Shown here: piece by piece, positions 9,242 through 19,781 of the stretch
How positions within the stretch are numbered: the first letter of the stretch is position 1
Layout: the number at the start of each line of letters is the position of its first letter
DNA from: Candidatus Woesearchaeota archaeon
GTDB lineage: Archaea; Nanobdellota; Nanobdellia; SCGC-AAA011-G17; JACPNG01
NCBI GenBank assembly: GCA_016185615.1
Contig: JACPNE010000008.1
Span: 39,632 to 103,631, forward strand
Direction of reading: 5' to 3'
DNA length: 64,000 nt
The notes under the pieces: generated by a model
Seen by the model: the letters and a program-made list of their open reading frames with translations, nothing else
Told to the model about the DNA's origin: nothing
Database searches by the model: none
Made by a program: the position numbers and the translations under genes

Positions 9242-11077
9242 ATGGTCAAAATTCTGGGCGTGGATCTAGGGACGACAAACTCTGCGGCTTCAATAATACA
9301 AGCAGGACGTCCAACAATAGTTCCCAGTGCAGAGGGAGCATCATTATATGGAAAGGCATTCCCAAGCGTAGTAGCATTCCAGAAAGATGGGGCTGTTTTA
9401 GTAGGAGAGCCAGCTAAAAGACAGGCTGTTTCTAATCCTGAACAAACAATAATAGCTGCAAAGAGAAAGATGGGTTCTAAATTTAAATATAAAATAAACT
9501 CAAAAGAGTATACTCCCCAACAAATCTCAGCTTTCATATTACAAAAAATAAAAAGGGATGCAGAAGAATTTTTAGGAGAAAAAATCCAGAAAGCTGTAAT
9601 TACAGTTCCTGCTTATTTTGACGATGACCAAAGGCAAGCAACAAAGGATGCTGGCCAGATAGCTGGATTGGATGTAGTAAGAATAGTAAATGAGCCAACT
9701 GCAGCAGCATTAGCCTATGGATTAGATAAAAAAGACGGAGAACATAAGATTTTAGTATTTGATTTTGGAGGAGGAACTTTAGATGTCACAATAATGGAGT
9801 TTGGAGATTCTGTTTTTGAAGTCAAGTCCACATCAGGAGACACCCAATTAGGTGGGACAGATATGGATGAAACCATAATGAAATATATTATAAACAATTT
9901 TGAGAAAGAAACTGGAATTGATCTGAATGAAGATCCAACTGCATTGCAAAGGATAAGGGAAGCAGCAGAAAAAGCAAAGATTGAATTGTCAACAACTTTA
10001 GAGTCTGACATTAATCTTCCATTTATATCTGCAACCCAAAAAGGGCCAAAGCATCTTAATATAAAATTGACAAGAGCAGAACTAGAAAGATTAGTTGATC
10101 CGATTGTAAACAGATGCAAAAAGCCGGTTGAGCAAGCATTAAGGGATGCAAAATTAAAGCCAAATGAAGTAGATAGAATAATTTTGGTTGGTGGTCCTAC
10201 AAGAATGCCAATCGTAAGAAAACTTATAGAGGGATATATTGGAAAGCAAGCTGAGCGTGGAGTAGATCCTATGGAATGTGTCGCTATGGGTGCAGCAATC
10301 CAAGGGGGAGTATTAGCTGGAGAGGTAAAAGATATTTTATTATTGGATGTAACCCCATTAACATTGGGAATTGAAACTTTAGGTGGAATAAGAACCCAAT
10401 TAATACAAAGAAACACAACAATTCCAACAAAGAAATCCCAAACATTTTCAACAGCAACAGATAACCAGCCAGCTGTTACAATAAATGTACTACAAGGGGA
10501 GAGAGAAATGGCTTCAGACAATAAAAGCCTTGGAAGATTTGAGCTGACAGGAATACCTCCAGCACCAAGAGGGATTCCTCAGATAGAAGTCACATTTGAT
10601 ATTGATGCAAATGGAATCATAAATGTAAATGCTAAAGATTTGGGAACTGGAAAAGAACAGGCAATAAAAATAACAGCCACGCAAAAATTAAGTGAGGAAG
10701 AGGTAGAAAGAATGAGAAAAGAGGCAGAAGAACATGCTGAAGAGGACAAGAAAAGAAAAGAAATTATTGAAGTAAAAAATAATGCGGATGCTATTATTTA
10801 TACAACAGAAAAATTATTAGAAGAATATAAAGATAAAATTGATAATGAGACAAAAGATAAGATACAAAAAGAAGTTGATGGATTGAAAAAAGCAGTGGAA
10901 GAAGACAATATAGAAAAGATTAAAAAGAAACTGGAAGATGTCAACAAAGTTGCCCAAGAAATTGGTACAAAGATGTATCAAGAGGCTATGAAACAACAAA
11001 ACAATAAAGAAGAGAAGAAAGATGATAAAGACGATGCAGTAGATGCAGAAGTTGTTGATGATGAAGATAAAAAATAA
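9242..11077 (+). CDS. dnaK: Molecular chaperone DnaK
   Basis: [50 protein letters not shown]; GGAGGT upstream of the ATG at 9242. Confidence 0.98.
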   Translation: MVKILGVDLGTTNSAASIIQAGRPTIVPSAEGASLYGKAFPSVVAFQKDGAVLVGEPAKRQAVSNPEQTIIAAKRKMGSKFKYKINSKEYTPQQISAFILQKIKRDAEEFLGEKIQKAVITVPAYFDDDQRQATKDAGQIAGLDVVRIVNEPTAAALAYGLDKKDGEHKILVFDFGGGTLDVTIMEFGDSVFEVKSTSGDTQLGGTDMDETIMKYIINNFEKETGIDLNEDPTALQRIREAAEKAKIELSTTLESDINLPFISATQKGPKHLNIKLTRAELERLVDPIVNRCKKPVEQALRDAKLKPNEVDRIILVGGPTRMPIVRKLIEGYIGKQAERGVDPMECVAMGAAIQGGVLAGEVKDILLLDVTPLTLGIETLGGIRTQLIQRNTTIPTKKSQTFSTATDNQPAVTINVLQGEREMASDNKSLGRFELTGIPPAPRGIPQIEVTFDIDANGIINVNAKDLGTGKEQAIKITATQKLSEEEVERMRKEAEEHAEEDKKRKEIIEVKNNADAIIYTTEKLLEEYKDKIDNETKDKIQKEVDGLKKAVEEDNIEKIKKKLEDVNKVAQEIGTKMYQEAMKQQNNKEEKKDDKDDAVDAEVVDDEDKK

Positions 11078-11127
11078 TTCTATGTTTTAGCATAGTAATT
11101 ATGTAAGGTAGAAATGAGGAAGAAATA

Positions 11128-11721
11128 ATGGGTCTTGAAAGAAAAATAAATTGTAAAGGAATCTCGCCAAAACAAGTTTTAGCAATAAGACAGAAAAAGT
11201 ATCTGATGGAAATAGCTATTAATGAAGGATTACATTGGGGCATAGTTCAAGATTATAAAACTGGAATATTCAGGGCAGAATTATCTAAGATATATTTTCC
11301 GGGAGAAGGTGTAAAAATTGCTAAAGGTGTAATAAGTGAGATATTAAGATTAGTGATACCAAAAGAAGAAAGAAAAGAACTTGTAAGATCTCATCGTAAG
11401 AAGTATGGAAATCTTATGGTTAAAGATGAGATTGGAGTATATAATAAAGATAAAATGAGCGAGTATATAAAAAGTCAAGGAAAAATATCTTGGTATGAAA
11501 AAAATGGGTCAAAGTCAAGAGTAGAAGTTGCTTATGAGCTATCTCAAAAACCAGAGTATATCACAAAAACTGGTAAGGTAAGATGGAGATTAATTGCTAA
11601 AAAATTAGAAGAAGATAAACACTGGGAAGATACAAAAGTAAAAATAAGTGCAGATATGACTCATAGGGCTGTTAATGATTATAAGAAAAGAATAAATAAT
11701 TTAGTTTATAAAAATAGTTAG
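11128..11721 (+). CDS. Hypothetical basic protein
   Basis: 197-aa Lys-rich ORF in the position dnaJ often occupies; no J-domain HPD motif. Confidence 0.6.
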   Translation: MGLERKINCKGISPKQVLAIRQKKYLMEIAINEGLHWGIVQDYKTGIFRAELSKIYFPGEGVKIAKGVISEILRLVIPKEERKELVRSHRKKYGNLMVKDEIGVYNKDKMSEYIKSQGKISWYEKNGSKSRVEVAYELSQKPEYITKTGKVRWRLIAKKLEEDKHWEDTKVKISADMTHRAVNDYKKRINNLVYKNS

Positions 11722-12071
11722 TGATGTGGAGTACTTCTAACATATCTTAATTTTTCAAATGCTTTATACTCTAAACTTCCATCTGCATACGAACTAGCTA
11801 ACTCAGGAATATCTTCTTCTCCTACTCTCTTCCATAAATTTCCGGTCTTTCTATAATAACCAAAGTATGGTTGCCTTAAATCGCCTTCTTTTATAAGAAC
11901 TAATAAAGTTGCCTCATCCATAGAATACTCACTTTTTACAAAAACTGTTGAATCAACAACACGTGCACTACTAAATGAATGTAACTCTATTTCAAGCCTT
12001 CCATTTTTTGTTTTAACAACCAAGTCAGAATCTTTTACCTCTACCATCTCAACCACCATAATAACCATCAA
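11718..12071 (-). CDS. Hypothetical protein
   Basis: 117-aa ORF, start uncertain. Confidence 0.55.
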   Translation of the reverse strand: MMVIMVVEMVEVKDSDLVVKTKNGRLEIELHSFSSARVVDSTVFVKSEYSMDEATLLVLIKEGDLRQPYFGYYRKTGNLWKRVGEEDIPELASSYADGSLEYKAFEKLRYVRSTPHH

Positions 12072-12111
12072 AATTATCTATTTATAAAATTTTTCACCAA
12101 AAATAAATATT

Positions 12112-12260
12112 TCCCCGTTGCCGGATTCGAACCAGCAACCTCACGGGATCGGCTGACTTATTTTCATCCGGAGATAAGTTCTCAGTCGATAAGTGAACGC
12201 ATCTTTGGCCTGAATATTAGATTCATACAGCCGTGCGCTCTACCGTTGAGCTAAACGGGG
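12112..12260 (-). tRNA. tRNA-Tyr(GTA) with 77 nt of intervening sequence
   Basis: Acceptor CCCCGTT/AACGGGG, D arm GCTC/GAGC, anticodon stem CACGG/CCGTG, T arm GCTGG-TTCGAAT-CCGGC, discriminator A. Confidence 0.92.
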
Positions 12261-12307
12261 TTATAGAAAATTTAATAATCTTATATTAAAAATCTTTTGT
12301 TTTATAG

Positions 12308-13720
12308 TTATTTCTCTTTTGAGCTAAAATAAGTCAATTTATTAGAATTAACCTCAACCATCTTTCCTTTTCTCTTGTATCTTACCTTAGCCCTTGGCAA
12401 CACTAATTTTCCAAGTATATGTAACTGTGATTCAATCTCATATGAGATAACCCTTTCCTCTCCTTCCAGTAACTCTGGAAGGTGCCATAACATTCTTATC
12501 CCTCTTGAGCCCCTCTGCATCTTTGCTGGCTGTAATGTTCCAAACTCATGCTTTGGCTTTATGAAATTAGGAACAACATCAACAACCTCAACATCGTTTA
12601 AATTAGTTAATCTATTTTTGATATGTAATAATACTTTTATCTCTGATATTCCACCCTTATCGTCCTTGACTTTAAAGACAGCTTTTCTTATCGTAACCCT
12701 TCTTCCATACAAATACCACATTACTCCCAAGAATATTCCAAATGCTATCAATAATACAAACAATGCCCTATAATCTGTTGTTGCATTTACAGAATAAGAT
12801 TCTCCTGGAACTAATTCAAATTCCCAGACAACATTATTATCTTGAATCCTTGTAGGGGCTATGTTATAACTTGTAAACATCCTCTTAAATCCATTAATCT
12901 CTAAAATAAATGCCTCATTAACAACAAGGTTTCCGTTGTTTGACTTCATAAGATTAACAGTAGTTGTCAAGAATCCAGAATCTTTCTCAGTTCTCTCATT
13001 TATGTTTGGATTTTTTATTATTTCAAAATCTTTTAGATATGCCCCTTGTAATTTATTTGCCTTTGTTGCTGTTATTATTAATGTGTATGTTCCGGGGAGT
13101 GTAGCCGGAGGTATCTCAAACTCAAATGTTTTTGTTGAATCTTGATATGGGAATAATTTTATCGTTGATTTTTCACTGAATAATTCGCTATCGACAGAAA
13201 TGTCTATATTATCAATTATCAGATTAACCTTGTTTCTCAAATCTACATTAATACTCAATATTCTTCCAGGAACTACTTCATCTGGAATATTTGATTTAAT
13301 TTCTATAATCTCATCAGGAGGAACTACACTTATTGTTAAGTCATGGTCTATCTTAAGATTAGGATTTGATAATGATCTTACCCTTACAAAAGTCCCGTAT
13401 GTTCTTCCGGGCTTTAAATCTTCCTTTAATCTTATTCTTACTATTGTAGTTCCGACAGAATTTGCGCTTATCTTTAAATTTCCATCATCAATTTCTATAT
13501 TTTCGACTATATCTGAGAAGGGTGCTATGGAAAATTCATCTGGAGTTATTGAAAAAGTATCCTCAACATTTTGGTTATTTCTTAAATTCAACTGGAAGAC
13601 CGCTGTCCCTCCGGGAGTAACCTTTTCTGTCAAAATATCATGTGTAACAAAAAGCCTTTGTGCACTAATGCTTGGTATCAGAAGCAAAATCAATAAAACT
13701 AATATCAATCCTCTTTTCAT
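12308..13720 (-). CDS. Secreted/membrane protein with Ig-like (CARDB/COG1470-type) domains
   Basis: Signal peptide, VTPGGTAVFQLNLRN, PGTYTLIITA beta-sandwich patterns, internal TM helix, C-terminal domain. Confidence 0.75.
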   Translation of the reverse strand: MKRGLILVLLILLLIPSISAQRLFVTHDILTEKVTPGGTAVFQLNLRNNQNVEDTFSITPDEFSIAPFSDIVENIEIDDGNLKISANSVGTTIVRIRLKEDLKPGRTYGTFVRVRSLSNPNLKIDHDLTISVVPPDEIIEIKSNIPDEVVPGRILSINVDLRNKVNLIIDNIDISVDSELFSEKSTIKLFPYQDSTKTFEFEIPPATLPGTYTLIITATKANKLQGAYLKDFEIIKNPNINERTEKDSGFLTTTVNLMKSNNGNLVVNEAFILEINGFKRMFTSYNIAPTRIQDNNVVWEFELVPGESYSVNATTDYRALFVLLIAFGIFLGVMWYLYGRRVTIRKAVFKVKDDKGGISEIKVLLHIKNRLTNLNDVEVVDVVPNFIKPKHEFGTLQPAKMQRGSRGIRMLWHLPELLEGEERVISYEIESQLHILGKLVLPRAKVRYKRKGKMVEVNSNKLTYFSSKEK

Positions 13721-13814
13721 TTTATTGAAATATATTTTAACATATTTAAACTTTTTGTTAATTCAAATTATAATCCGAATTTAATGATGATTGTTACTAA
13801 GCCTTGTTTAGAGT

Positions 13815-14366
13815 CTAAACCCTTATAATCCTGGCTATCTTATTTGTCAAGTCTATGATTATTGATGGGTTCTCCTCAAGTTCTCCGGCATCTATTGCAA
13901 TATCAACTGATTTTTGAATTGTTCTAGGAACTTTTTTTATCTTTGTTATTGGCTCCTTTCCTGTTTTGTTTACAGATGTTGATATGAATGGGACTCCTGC
14001 TTTCTGTATTAGCTGTATAAAAGGGTGATTTGGAATTCTTACCCCTAATGTATCCAATCCAAGATTTACATCATAAGGAACAATTCTCTTTTTTTGTTTC
14101 AGAATAAATGTGAATGGCCCAGGCAATTTCTGGACATATTGCTTTTTTACATCAAAGTTTTTGTATATCCAATATTTATCATGAGCTATTATTGAGAAGG
14201 GTTTCTCGCTTCCTTTTATTTCCCTTATTTTTTTAACAGAATCCTCATTTAATGCATTACAGCCCAATCCATAAATTGTGTCAGTGGGATAGATAAATAT
14301 AGAGCCCATTCTTATATGATTGATAATCTCCCTCTCTTTTATTTTGTTAAATTCAATTATCTTCAT
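13815..14366 (-). CDS. L-threonylcarbamoyladenylate synthase, single-domain TsaC/YrdC type
   Basis: IYPTDTIYGLGCNA, LPGPFTFIL, LGVRIPNH, STSVNKTG. Confidence 0.92.
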   Translation of the reverse strand: MKIIEFNKIKEREIINHIRMGSIFIYPTDTIYGLGCNALNEDSVKKIREIKGSEKPFSIIAHDKYWIYKNFDVKKQYVQKLPGPFTFILKQKKRIVPYDVNLGLDTLGVRIPNHPFIQLIQKAGVPFISTSVNKTGKEPITKIKKVPRTIQKSVDIAIDAGELEENPSIIIDLTNKIARIIRV

Positions 14367-16417
14367 ATTATTGTTGTTATATGGTTCTCTTTTTTAAACC
14401 TTATCACATTATCAACGAAAGTTTCTATTTTAGGCTCATGGCTTACAATCAATATCTGCTTAAGCTTAAGTTCTCTTAAAACATGTCTTATTCTGTCTAT
14501 CTGCTCATCCGAAAATCCGTCTGTTGGCTCATCTAATATTATAAGATCATTTGTTTTTATGGCTGACATTAAATTATTTATTACTTGATTAAGAGCTAAT
14601 CTATATGCAAGTGCAGCTGCTGTTTTTTCTCCCCCGCTCAGATAAGTATAATCAATATCGTGGTTATTCTGCTGTATTAATGGGCTGAAATCCTGATTCA
14701 ATCTTATTGTGATATCTTCATTATCAACTAATGTGTCAAACCATTTCTGGAATAATGAATTAAAATCAGAATGAAGCTTGAGCATGATATTATTCTCAAT
14801 CATCTCCAGAGAGACTATAAAATAATTGTCCAGCCATTCATTTATTTCTGTAAGCTTCTCCATATATCTTCTTTTTTCTTCTTTCTTTTCTATTTCTGAT
14901 GTCAGCTTTTCTATATTTTTCTCGATGTTTCTTTTTTCTGTTTCAAGACTCGCTTTATTAATCTCAATATCCCTATATTGTCTTTGCAGATTTTCAATCT
15001 CATTGCTTTTCTTGTTATATCTGTCCTCTATATCCTTGAACTCTTCCAATTCTTTATATAATGGCCCATTTCTTACGTTTATCTCACCAATCTCTGATTT
15101 TAATCTCTTGCTTAATTCCTTTAATGATTCAATGTCTGTTAATCTGCTTGAGATGTTATTTAATTTAATCTTGTTTATCTCATATTCTTTTTCCTTGGAA
15201 TTAGATTTCTCGATTTCTTTCTTTGATTCCTGTATATTGAAGCTAATCTCTTTCTCTTGTCTTTCTAAATTTGATAATTCTGATTTCATATGGGAGATAA
15301 TATCATTCTCTTTTATTATCATGTCATTCTTGTAGTTCTTGTTTACTTCTTGTCTGCATACAGGGCAGATATTCAAGTCATGTATATCATCTATTATTTT
15401 TGATGAATTGCTCATCCTTATTCTGGCTTCATTCATCTTATTCCTTATAAAATATAATTCCTCTTCTTTTTTCTCAACAGCTATTTTTGTATTTTGGATA
15501 TTCTGTTTTATATGGGTTATATCAATGTCTATCTTGACTTCCTTATTTATTTCTTCTATTTCTATTTCTGTTTTTTTTATTCTCTCATTATTTTCTTTTA
15601 TTCTCTCAAGATTAGAATTTAATTTGTGCTCATTTATCTCTATCTGCAGCTTTATCTCATTTATGCTTTTTATTCTTGATTCTATATCTTTTAATTCTTG
15701 TCTTCCATTCTTGATTTCATTATCTAAATTGTTCATTACAGGAATTAATTTCAGTATTTCTTCGCCAAGAATAAATTTTCTTCTCTTCAATATTTCAGAT
15801 TCATTTATCTTTGAATTCAAATCTGAAATGTATCCGGAAAATTCTCTGCTCTTTTCCCTTATTGCGGCTATTAGTATTTTTGTATTGTCCTTTATTAGTT
15901 TGTATTTGTCTATTCCGAAGACTTTCCTCAATGTTTCTAATCTTACGTCATTATCAGACAATAATATTTGCTTCATCTCATCTTGAGGGGTATAAACTGT
16001 GTATCTAAACACCAAATCCTTTGATCTTGTAACCATATCCTTGGGATAATTCAGAACATCAAGGATAAATTGCTTAAGTTCAACTGGGGCTAACTCTTTT
16101 TTCTCTCCATTTAAGATAATATATCCGGAATCCTGGGCTATTGCGCTTCCTCTTTTTAATGTTCTTTTTATTACTATATTTTTATCATCAACGCTGAAAT
16201 GGAATTCAACTGATCCTTTATTTGTTCCATTTCTCAATAAAGATGCTCCAGATAAATTTCCTTTCCTTAATCCAAACAATGCAAAGTCTATTGCCAATAA
16301 TACAGAAGTTTTTCCAGATCCTATATTTCCTGCCAACAAAGTAGAGCCTTCTGGAAATATTATTTCTTGATTAGTATAACTTCTTATGTTTTCTAATCTT
16401 ATTTTTTTAAGCAGCAT
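14363..16417 (-). CDS. rad50: DNA double-strand break repair ATPase Rad50
   Basis: GNIGSGKTS Walker A, CPVC zinc hook, LSGGE signature, IILDEPTDG, IVSH. Confidence 0.95.
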   Translation of the reverse strand: MLLKKIRLENIRSYTNQEIIFPEGSTLLAGNIGSGKTSVLLAIDFALFGLRKGNLSGASLLRNGTNKGSVEFHFSVDDKNIVIKRTLKRGSAIAQDSGYIILNGEKKELAPVELKQFILDVLNYPKDMVTRSKDLVFRYTVYTPQDEMKQILLSDNDVRLETLRKVFGIDKYKLIKDNTKILIAAIREKSREFSGYISDLNSKINESEILKRRKFILGEEILKLIPVMNNLDNEIKNGRQELKDIESRIKSINEIKLQIEINEHKLNSNLERIKENNERIKKTEIEIEEINKEVKIDIDITHIKQNIQNTKIAVEKKEEELYFIRNKMNEARIRMSNSSKIIDDIHDLNICPVCRQEVNKNYKNDMIIKENDIISHMKSELSNLERQEKEISFNIQESKKEIEKSNSKEKEYEINKIKLNNISSRLTDIESLKELSKRLKSEIGEINVRNGPLYKELEEFKDIEDRYNKKSNEIENLQRQYRDIEINKASLETEKRNIEKNIEKLTSEIEKKEEKRRYMEKLTEINEWLDNYFIVSLEMIENNIMLKLHSDFNSLFQKWFDTLVDNEDITIRLNQDFSPLIQQNNHDIDYTYLSGGEKTAAALAYRLALNQVINNLMSAIKTNDLIILDEPTDGFSDEQIDRIRHVLRELKLKQILIVSHEPKIETFVDNVIRFKKENHITTII

Positions 16418-17594
16418 TCTCCCACATCTTTTCCAATCTTAATGTTCTTATTGTATCTTTTATTATCCTTGATTCAAAATCCGTCTTTGTTTCTCCGTCT
16501 TCTTTCTCCCTTGATAAAAGATTCATTAGCTCATTGCTTATGTTTATATTTAGATTAGAATTTTCCAAATTCTCTTTTAGTATTTTAGTTTCTATCTCTT
16601 CAACTGTGCCCTCTATTTTCACAGTCTCAAACTCTTTGGATTCTAACTTATTTGTATTCCTTATTATTGAATATGCATTCATCCTTGAGAATATATCCCT
16701 GAAGTTTATATCAGAAGTCTTTCCGGAATTTAGAATTCCCTCTATCCTTATTGTAACTATTTTATTCTCAACATCTTTTAATCTCTCAATTAATTCTTTT
16801 TCTATCTCAAAGGGGGTCTTTTGGTTAGCATCTATCAGTATTGAATGAACTTCTTTTATTTTTATGATGATATGTTTTGATGTATTGTTTGTTACATCAA
16901 TTATGAAGAATCCCCCCTGCTTCAATTCCTCTAATTCCTTAAAGTTATTTGGAAATAATGGTCCTGGATATGCGATTGTCCCATATCCTTCATGCTTTTC
17001 TGAATAAATGAAATGGGGATGTCCCCCGGCATAATAATTAAAGTTCTTTGGCAATAAATATAAGGAATATGCCTCTATATTTTCCATATCCCTTGGCTTT
17101 AGCTCATCCAATAATGCATGGAACATGAATATCTTATATCCTTGCTCTTTTTCCAATGATTCTTTATTCAGCATTAAGTAATCTTGTTTTTCTAATCCTC
17201 GTCTTCTTCCATACAATCCTGTTATCTTCACATTTGTCTTGTCAATTGTAAACTCCAGATTGTTATCTTTTAGCTTCATTACATTCTCAATCAATCCGGC
17301 TTTTTCCAATACATCCAGCATGGTTTTTCCAGAAACAGAATAATCATGGCTTCCGGGAATCATATACACAGAAATATCTTTGTCATGGGCTTTCCTTAAT
17401 GTGTCAGCAACCTCTTTTATCAGTTCTATATCTGGCAATGAGGTATTAAACAAGTCTCCTGCTATTAATATGAAACCTACATTCTCCCTTATGCACTGGT
17501 CAATTGCCTCTTTGAAATGCAGAATGCTTAACTGCTTTAACTCTGGCTCCCTCCAGCCACCAACATGACAGTCTGCTAAGTGGGCGAATTTCAT
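16407..17594 (-). CDS. mre11: DNA double-strand break repair nuclease Mre11
   Basis: HLADCHVG, IAGDLF, PGSHD, YYAGGHPH, AYPG; overlaps rad50. Confidence 0.93.
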   Translation of the reverse strand: MKFAHLADCHVGGWREPELKQLSILHFKEAIDQCIRENVGFILIAGDLFNTSLPDIELIKEVADTLRKAHDKDISVYMIPGSHDYSVSGKTMLDVLEKAGLIENVMKLKDNNLEFTIDKTNVKITGLYGRRRGLEKQDYLMLNKESLEKEQGYKIFMFHALLDELKPRDMENIEAYSLYLLPKNFNYYAGGHPHFIYSEKHEGYGTIAYPGPLFPNNFKELEELKQGGFFIIDVTNNTSKHIIIKIKEVHSILIDANQKTPFEIEKELIERLKDVENKIVTIRIEGILNSGKTSDINFRDIFSRMNAYSIIRNTNKLESKEFETVKIEGTVEEIETKILKENLENSNLNINISNELMNLLSREKEDGETKTDFESRIIKDTIRTLRLEKMWENAA

Positions 17595-17749
17595 ATTTTA
17601 GGAATAATTAGAATTATTTATAACTATTAATGTAGTTTAATATTATAATTCAGAAAAGAAAAGTATAAAAATCATTAATTATAGCTAATTCTATTAAAAA
17701 GAGAGTTTTATTTATAGTTTAAGTTATTAACTATTAAAAGAGTGATATA

Positions 17750-19759
17750 ATGTCTATTCATATTCCAACAAGAAAAGTCGCTTTAGTGGTGGGTGATGAA
17801 GATTTATGTAAAACCATTAGTGATCTAAGGCCCCCTATCAGTCATGAGAGATTTAAGACTATTAAAACAGATATTGAAAGGGCATATGAGATTTATTTAG
17901 GAATAAGGCCAGATGTTGTAGTGATTAAACTTGATGATGATTCTAATTCTGAATCAGTTAAACTTCTAAACAGATTACATAATATAGGTTTAACATCTAT
18001 AGTGACTACTGGAAAAATTCATATAGATTCCCCGGATTTCAAGGAGATTATTGGAAAACCGGTTGCACATTTGAAAAATCCCGGAAATAAGACATTCGAA
18101 GAGAGAGAAACTCTAGAAAAAATATTAATTAAAGCAGAAGCTAAGACTATTGAATCAAGGAAAGATGTGTTAGGAAGAGTTTTGTCCCTTAGTCACGATC
18201 GTAGCTGTAGATATGAAGGTAAAAAGCCTGTTTCATTAGACCCATATTATGGTGAGGCATTAAAGAAGATATCTTTATCTATGCCATTCCTTGGAGACTC
18301 ATTCAGAAAAGAGTCTAGGTTTGGTGTTCTGGTTATAGATCCATTTGATATTGGGCATTCAGGATTAAAGGATGATACAAAATCTGGAGATCATCTTGTA
18401 TTCAAGATGTATAAGAATGCGGAAGGACATAATAAAGTATTGCAGAAATGGGGGGCAGCAGATTCAGTTAAAATTAATCATCCTAACTGTACCCATTATT
18501 ATGTTGAGAAGCCAGAAACCTATGGATTAGATATTGAAAAAGAGGTATATAATGATCCACGCCCCAGAGGTAGAGTATATGCTATAAATACATTCATGTT
18601 TGGCCCAACCTGTGAATATATCTTATCAGTTCTCAACAAGAATAAAAAAGATATAGCTAAAAGAGCAAAAAAAGTTCTAATGGAGGTAATGCTTGATAAA
18701 AATGTAGAATGGTATATTAGCATGTCTTCACAATGGGTAAATGAGGTAAAAGAGCAGCATGGTCTTCATGAATCACTCATAAAAAGAATAGACGATATAA
18801 AAACAAATTATAACAATTCACTGCTAAATTCTCTAAGGACAACAAGTGAGATAAGCACATCAAAATTCGGGGAGGAAGAAATAAGAGATTTTATAGACGC
18901 ATTAGATATAAACTCAGCAGTGGAGCCATTTAGTGATCTTGATTTAAATATAATTTTTAATATAGGACTAATTGATTTTAAACCACCGAATATCTCATTT
19001 AAATTAGACAAATATGAGGGACTTGGAGTAGTAAAGCCCAATCCAAAGAAATTAATTGATAAGTTAGAAGAATTAGAAAAAGAGGAAGGTGGATTAAGAA
19101 AAGTTTTCACAGATGCATATAGCTGGAATGATTGCTCAGAAAGAGATGGTCCTATGCAGGAAGACCTAGCACATATGCTTGAAAATCCTGAAACTGGATT
19201 AAATAGAGAAGAGATAATAAGATATTTTAGTCATTCTATGCACGGGCTCTTTAATCAAGTATTAAATGGAAAAGATTCAGGAAGATTATGGTCTCCATAT
19301 TCAAAGATAGGAATATGGATGGCGTTCAGAAAATTTCATTTGTATTCTAAAGAGTTTATGCCAACTAATGAAGACAATTTAATATCAGAAGCAATTTCAA
19401 AAGAGGATTTTGAGAAACAACAAAGAGCGGCAGTTGAGAAATTACATTATTGGGCAAGATCACAAAAAGAACTTGCTGCTATGAATCATTTGGCAGTCTC
19501 AATAATGGATGAAGACGATGCCAGTTTTATTAATATAGAAAGGGCGCTTCGTGAGAATTTCGTTAATCCAGAGAAATCAAGAGGATATAGTAACAATCTA
19601 CTGTCAAAGGGGCTTCCAAAAAATCCAACAACATTAGTTGAGAAATCATTATATGTCCATAATTGGCTCCATAAGTTTGTACATCTTCCAAGCAGTTATA
19701 ATCTATTCTATCAAGGCTATTTGTCTAATCCTGTTTCTGCTTCTGTAGTAAATTTATAA
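17750..19759 (+). CDS. Pseudo-receiver domain fused to APH/choline-kinase-like phosphotransferase
   Basis: N-terminal REC-like KVALVVGDED...RPDVVVIKLD...SIVTTG; kinase-like LVFKMY, IDFKPPNISF, WNDCSERDGPMQEDLAHML. Confidence 0.6.
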   Translation: MSIHIPTRKVALVVGDEDLCKTISDLRPPISHERFKTIKTDIERAYEIYLGIRPDVVVIKLDDDSNSESVKLLNRLHNIGLTSIVTTGKIHIDSPDFKEIIGKPVAHLKNPGNKTFEERETLEKILIKAEAKTIESRKDVLGRVLSLSHDRSCRYEGKKPVSLDPYYGEALKKISLSMPFLGDSFRKESRFGVLVIDPFDIGHSGLKDDTKSGDHLVFKMYKNAEGHNKVLQKWGAADSVKINHPNCTHYYVEKPETYGLDIEKEVYNDPRPRGRVYAINTFMFGPTCEYILSVLNKNKKDIAKRAKKVLMEVMLDKNVEWYISMSSQWVNEVKEQHGLHESLIKRIDDIKTNYNNSLLNSLRTTSEISTSKFGEEEIRDFIDALDINSAVEPFSDLDLNIIFNIGLIDFKPPNISFKLDKYEGLGVVKPNPKKLIDKLEELEKEEGGLRKVFTDAYSWNDCSERDGPMQEDLAHMLENPETGLNREEIIRYFSHSMHGLFNQVLNGKDSGRLWSPYSKIGIWMAFRKFHLYSKEFMPTNEDNLISEAISKEDFEKQQRAAVEKLHYWARSQKELAAMNHLAVSIMDEDDASFINIERALRENFVNPEKSRGYSNNLLSKGLPKNPTTLVEKSLYVHNWLHKFVHLPSSYNLFYQGYLSNPVSASVVNL

Positions 19760-19781
19760 ATTTCAAATTCTTTTTATTTTT

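Noticed and set aside
11128-11721. dnaJ expected after dnaK
   Set aside because: No HPD motif or CxxCxGxG repeats; dnaJ is not in this window
12147-12201. Box C/D guide RNA inside the tRNA intron (CTGA, GGATGA)
   Set aside because: No complete C and D box set; too weak to call
11718-12260. Integrated element at tRNA-Tyr or tRNA-Leu
   Set aside because: No integrase and no duplicated tRNA 3' end noticed in the window
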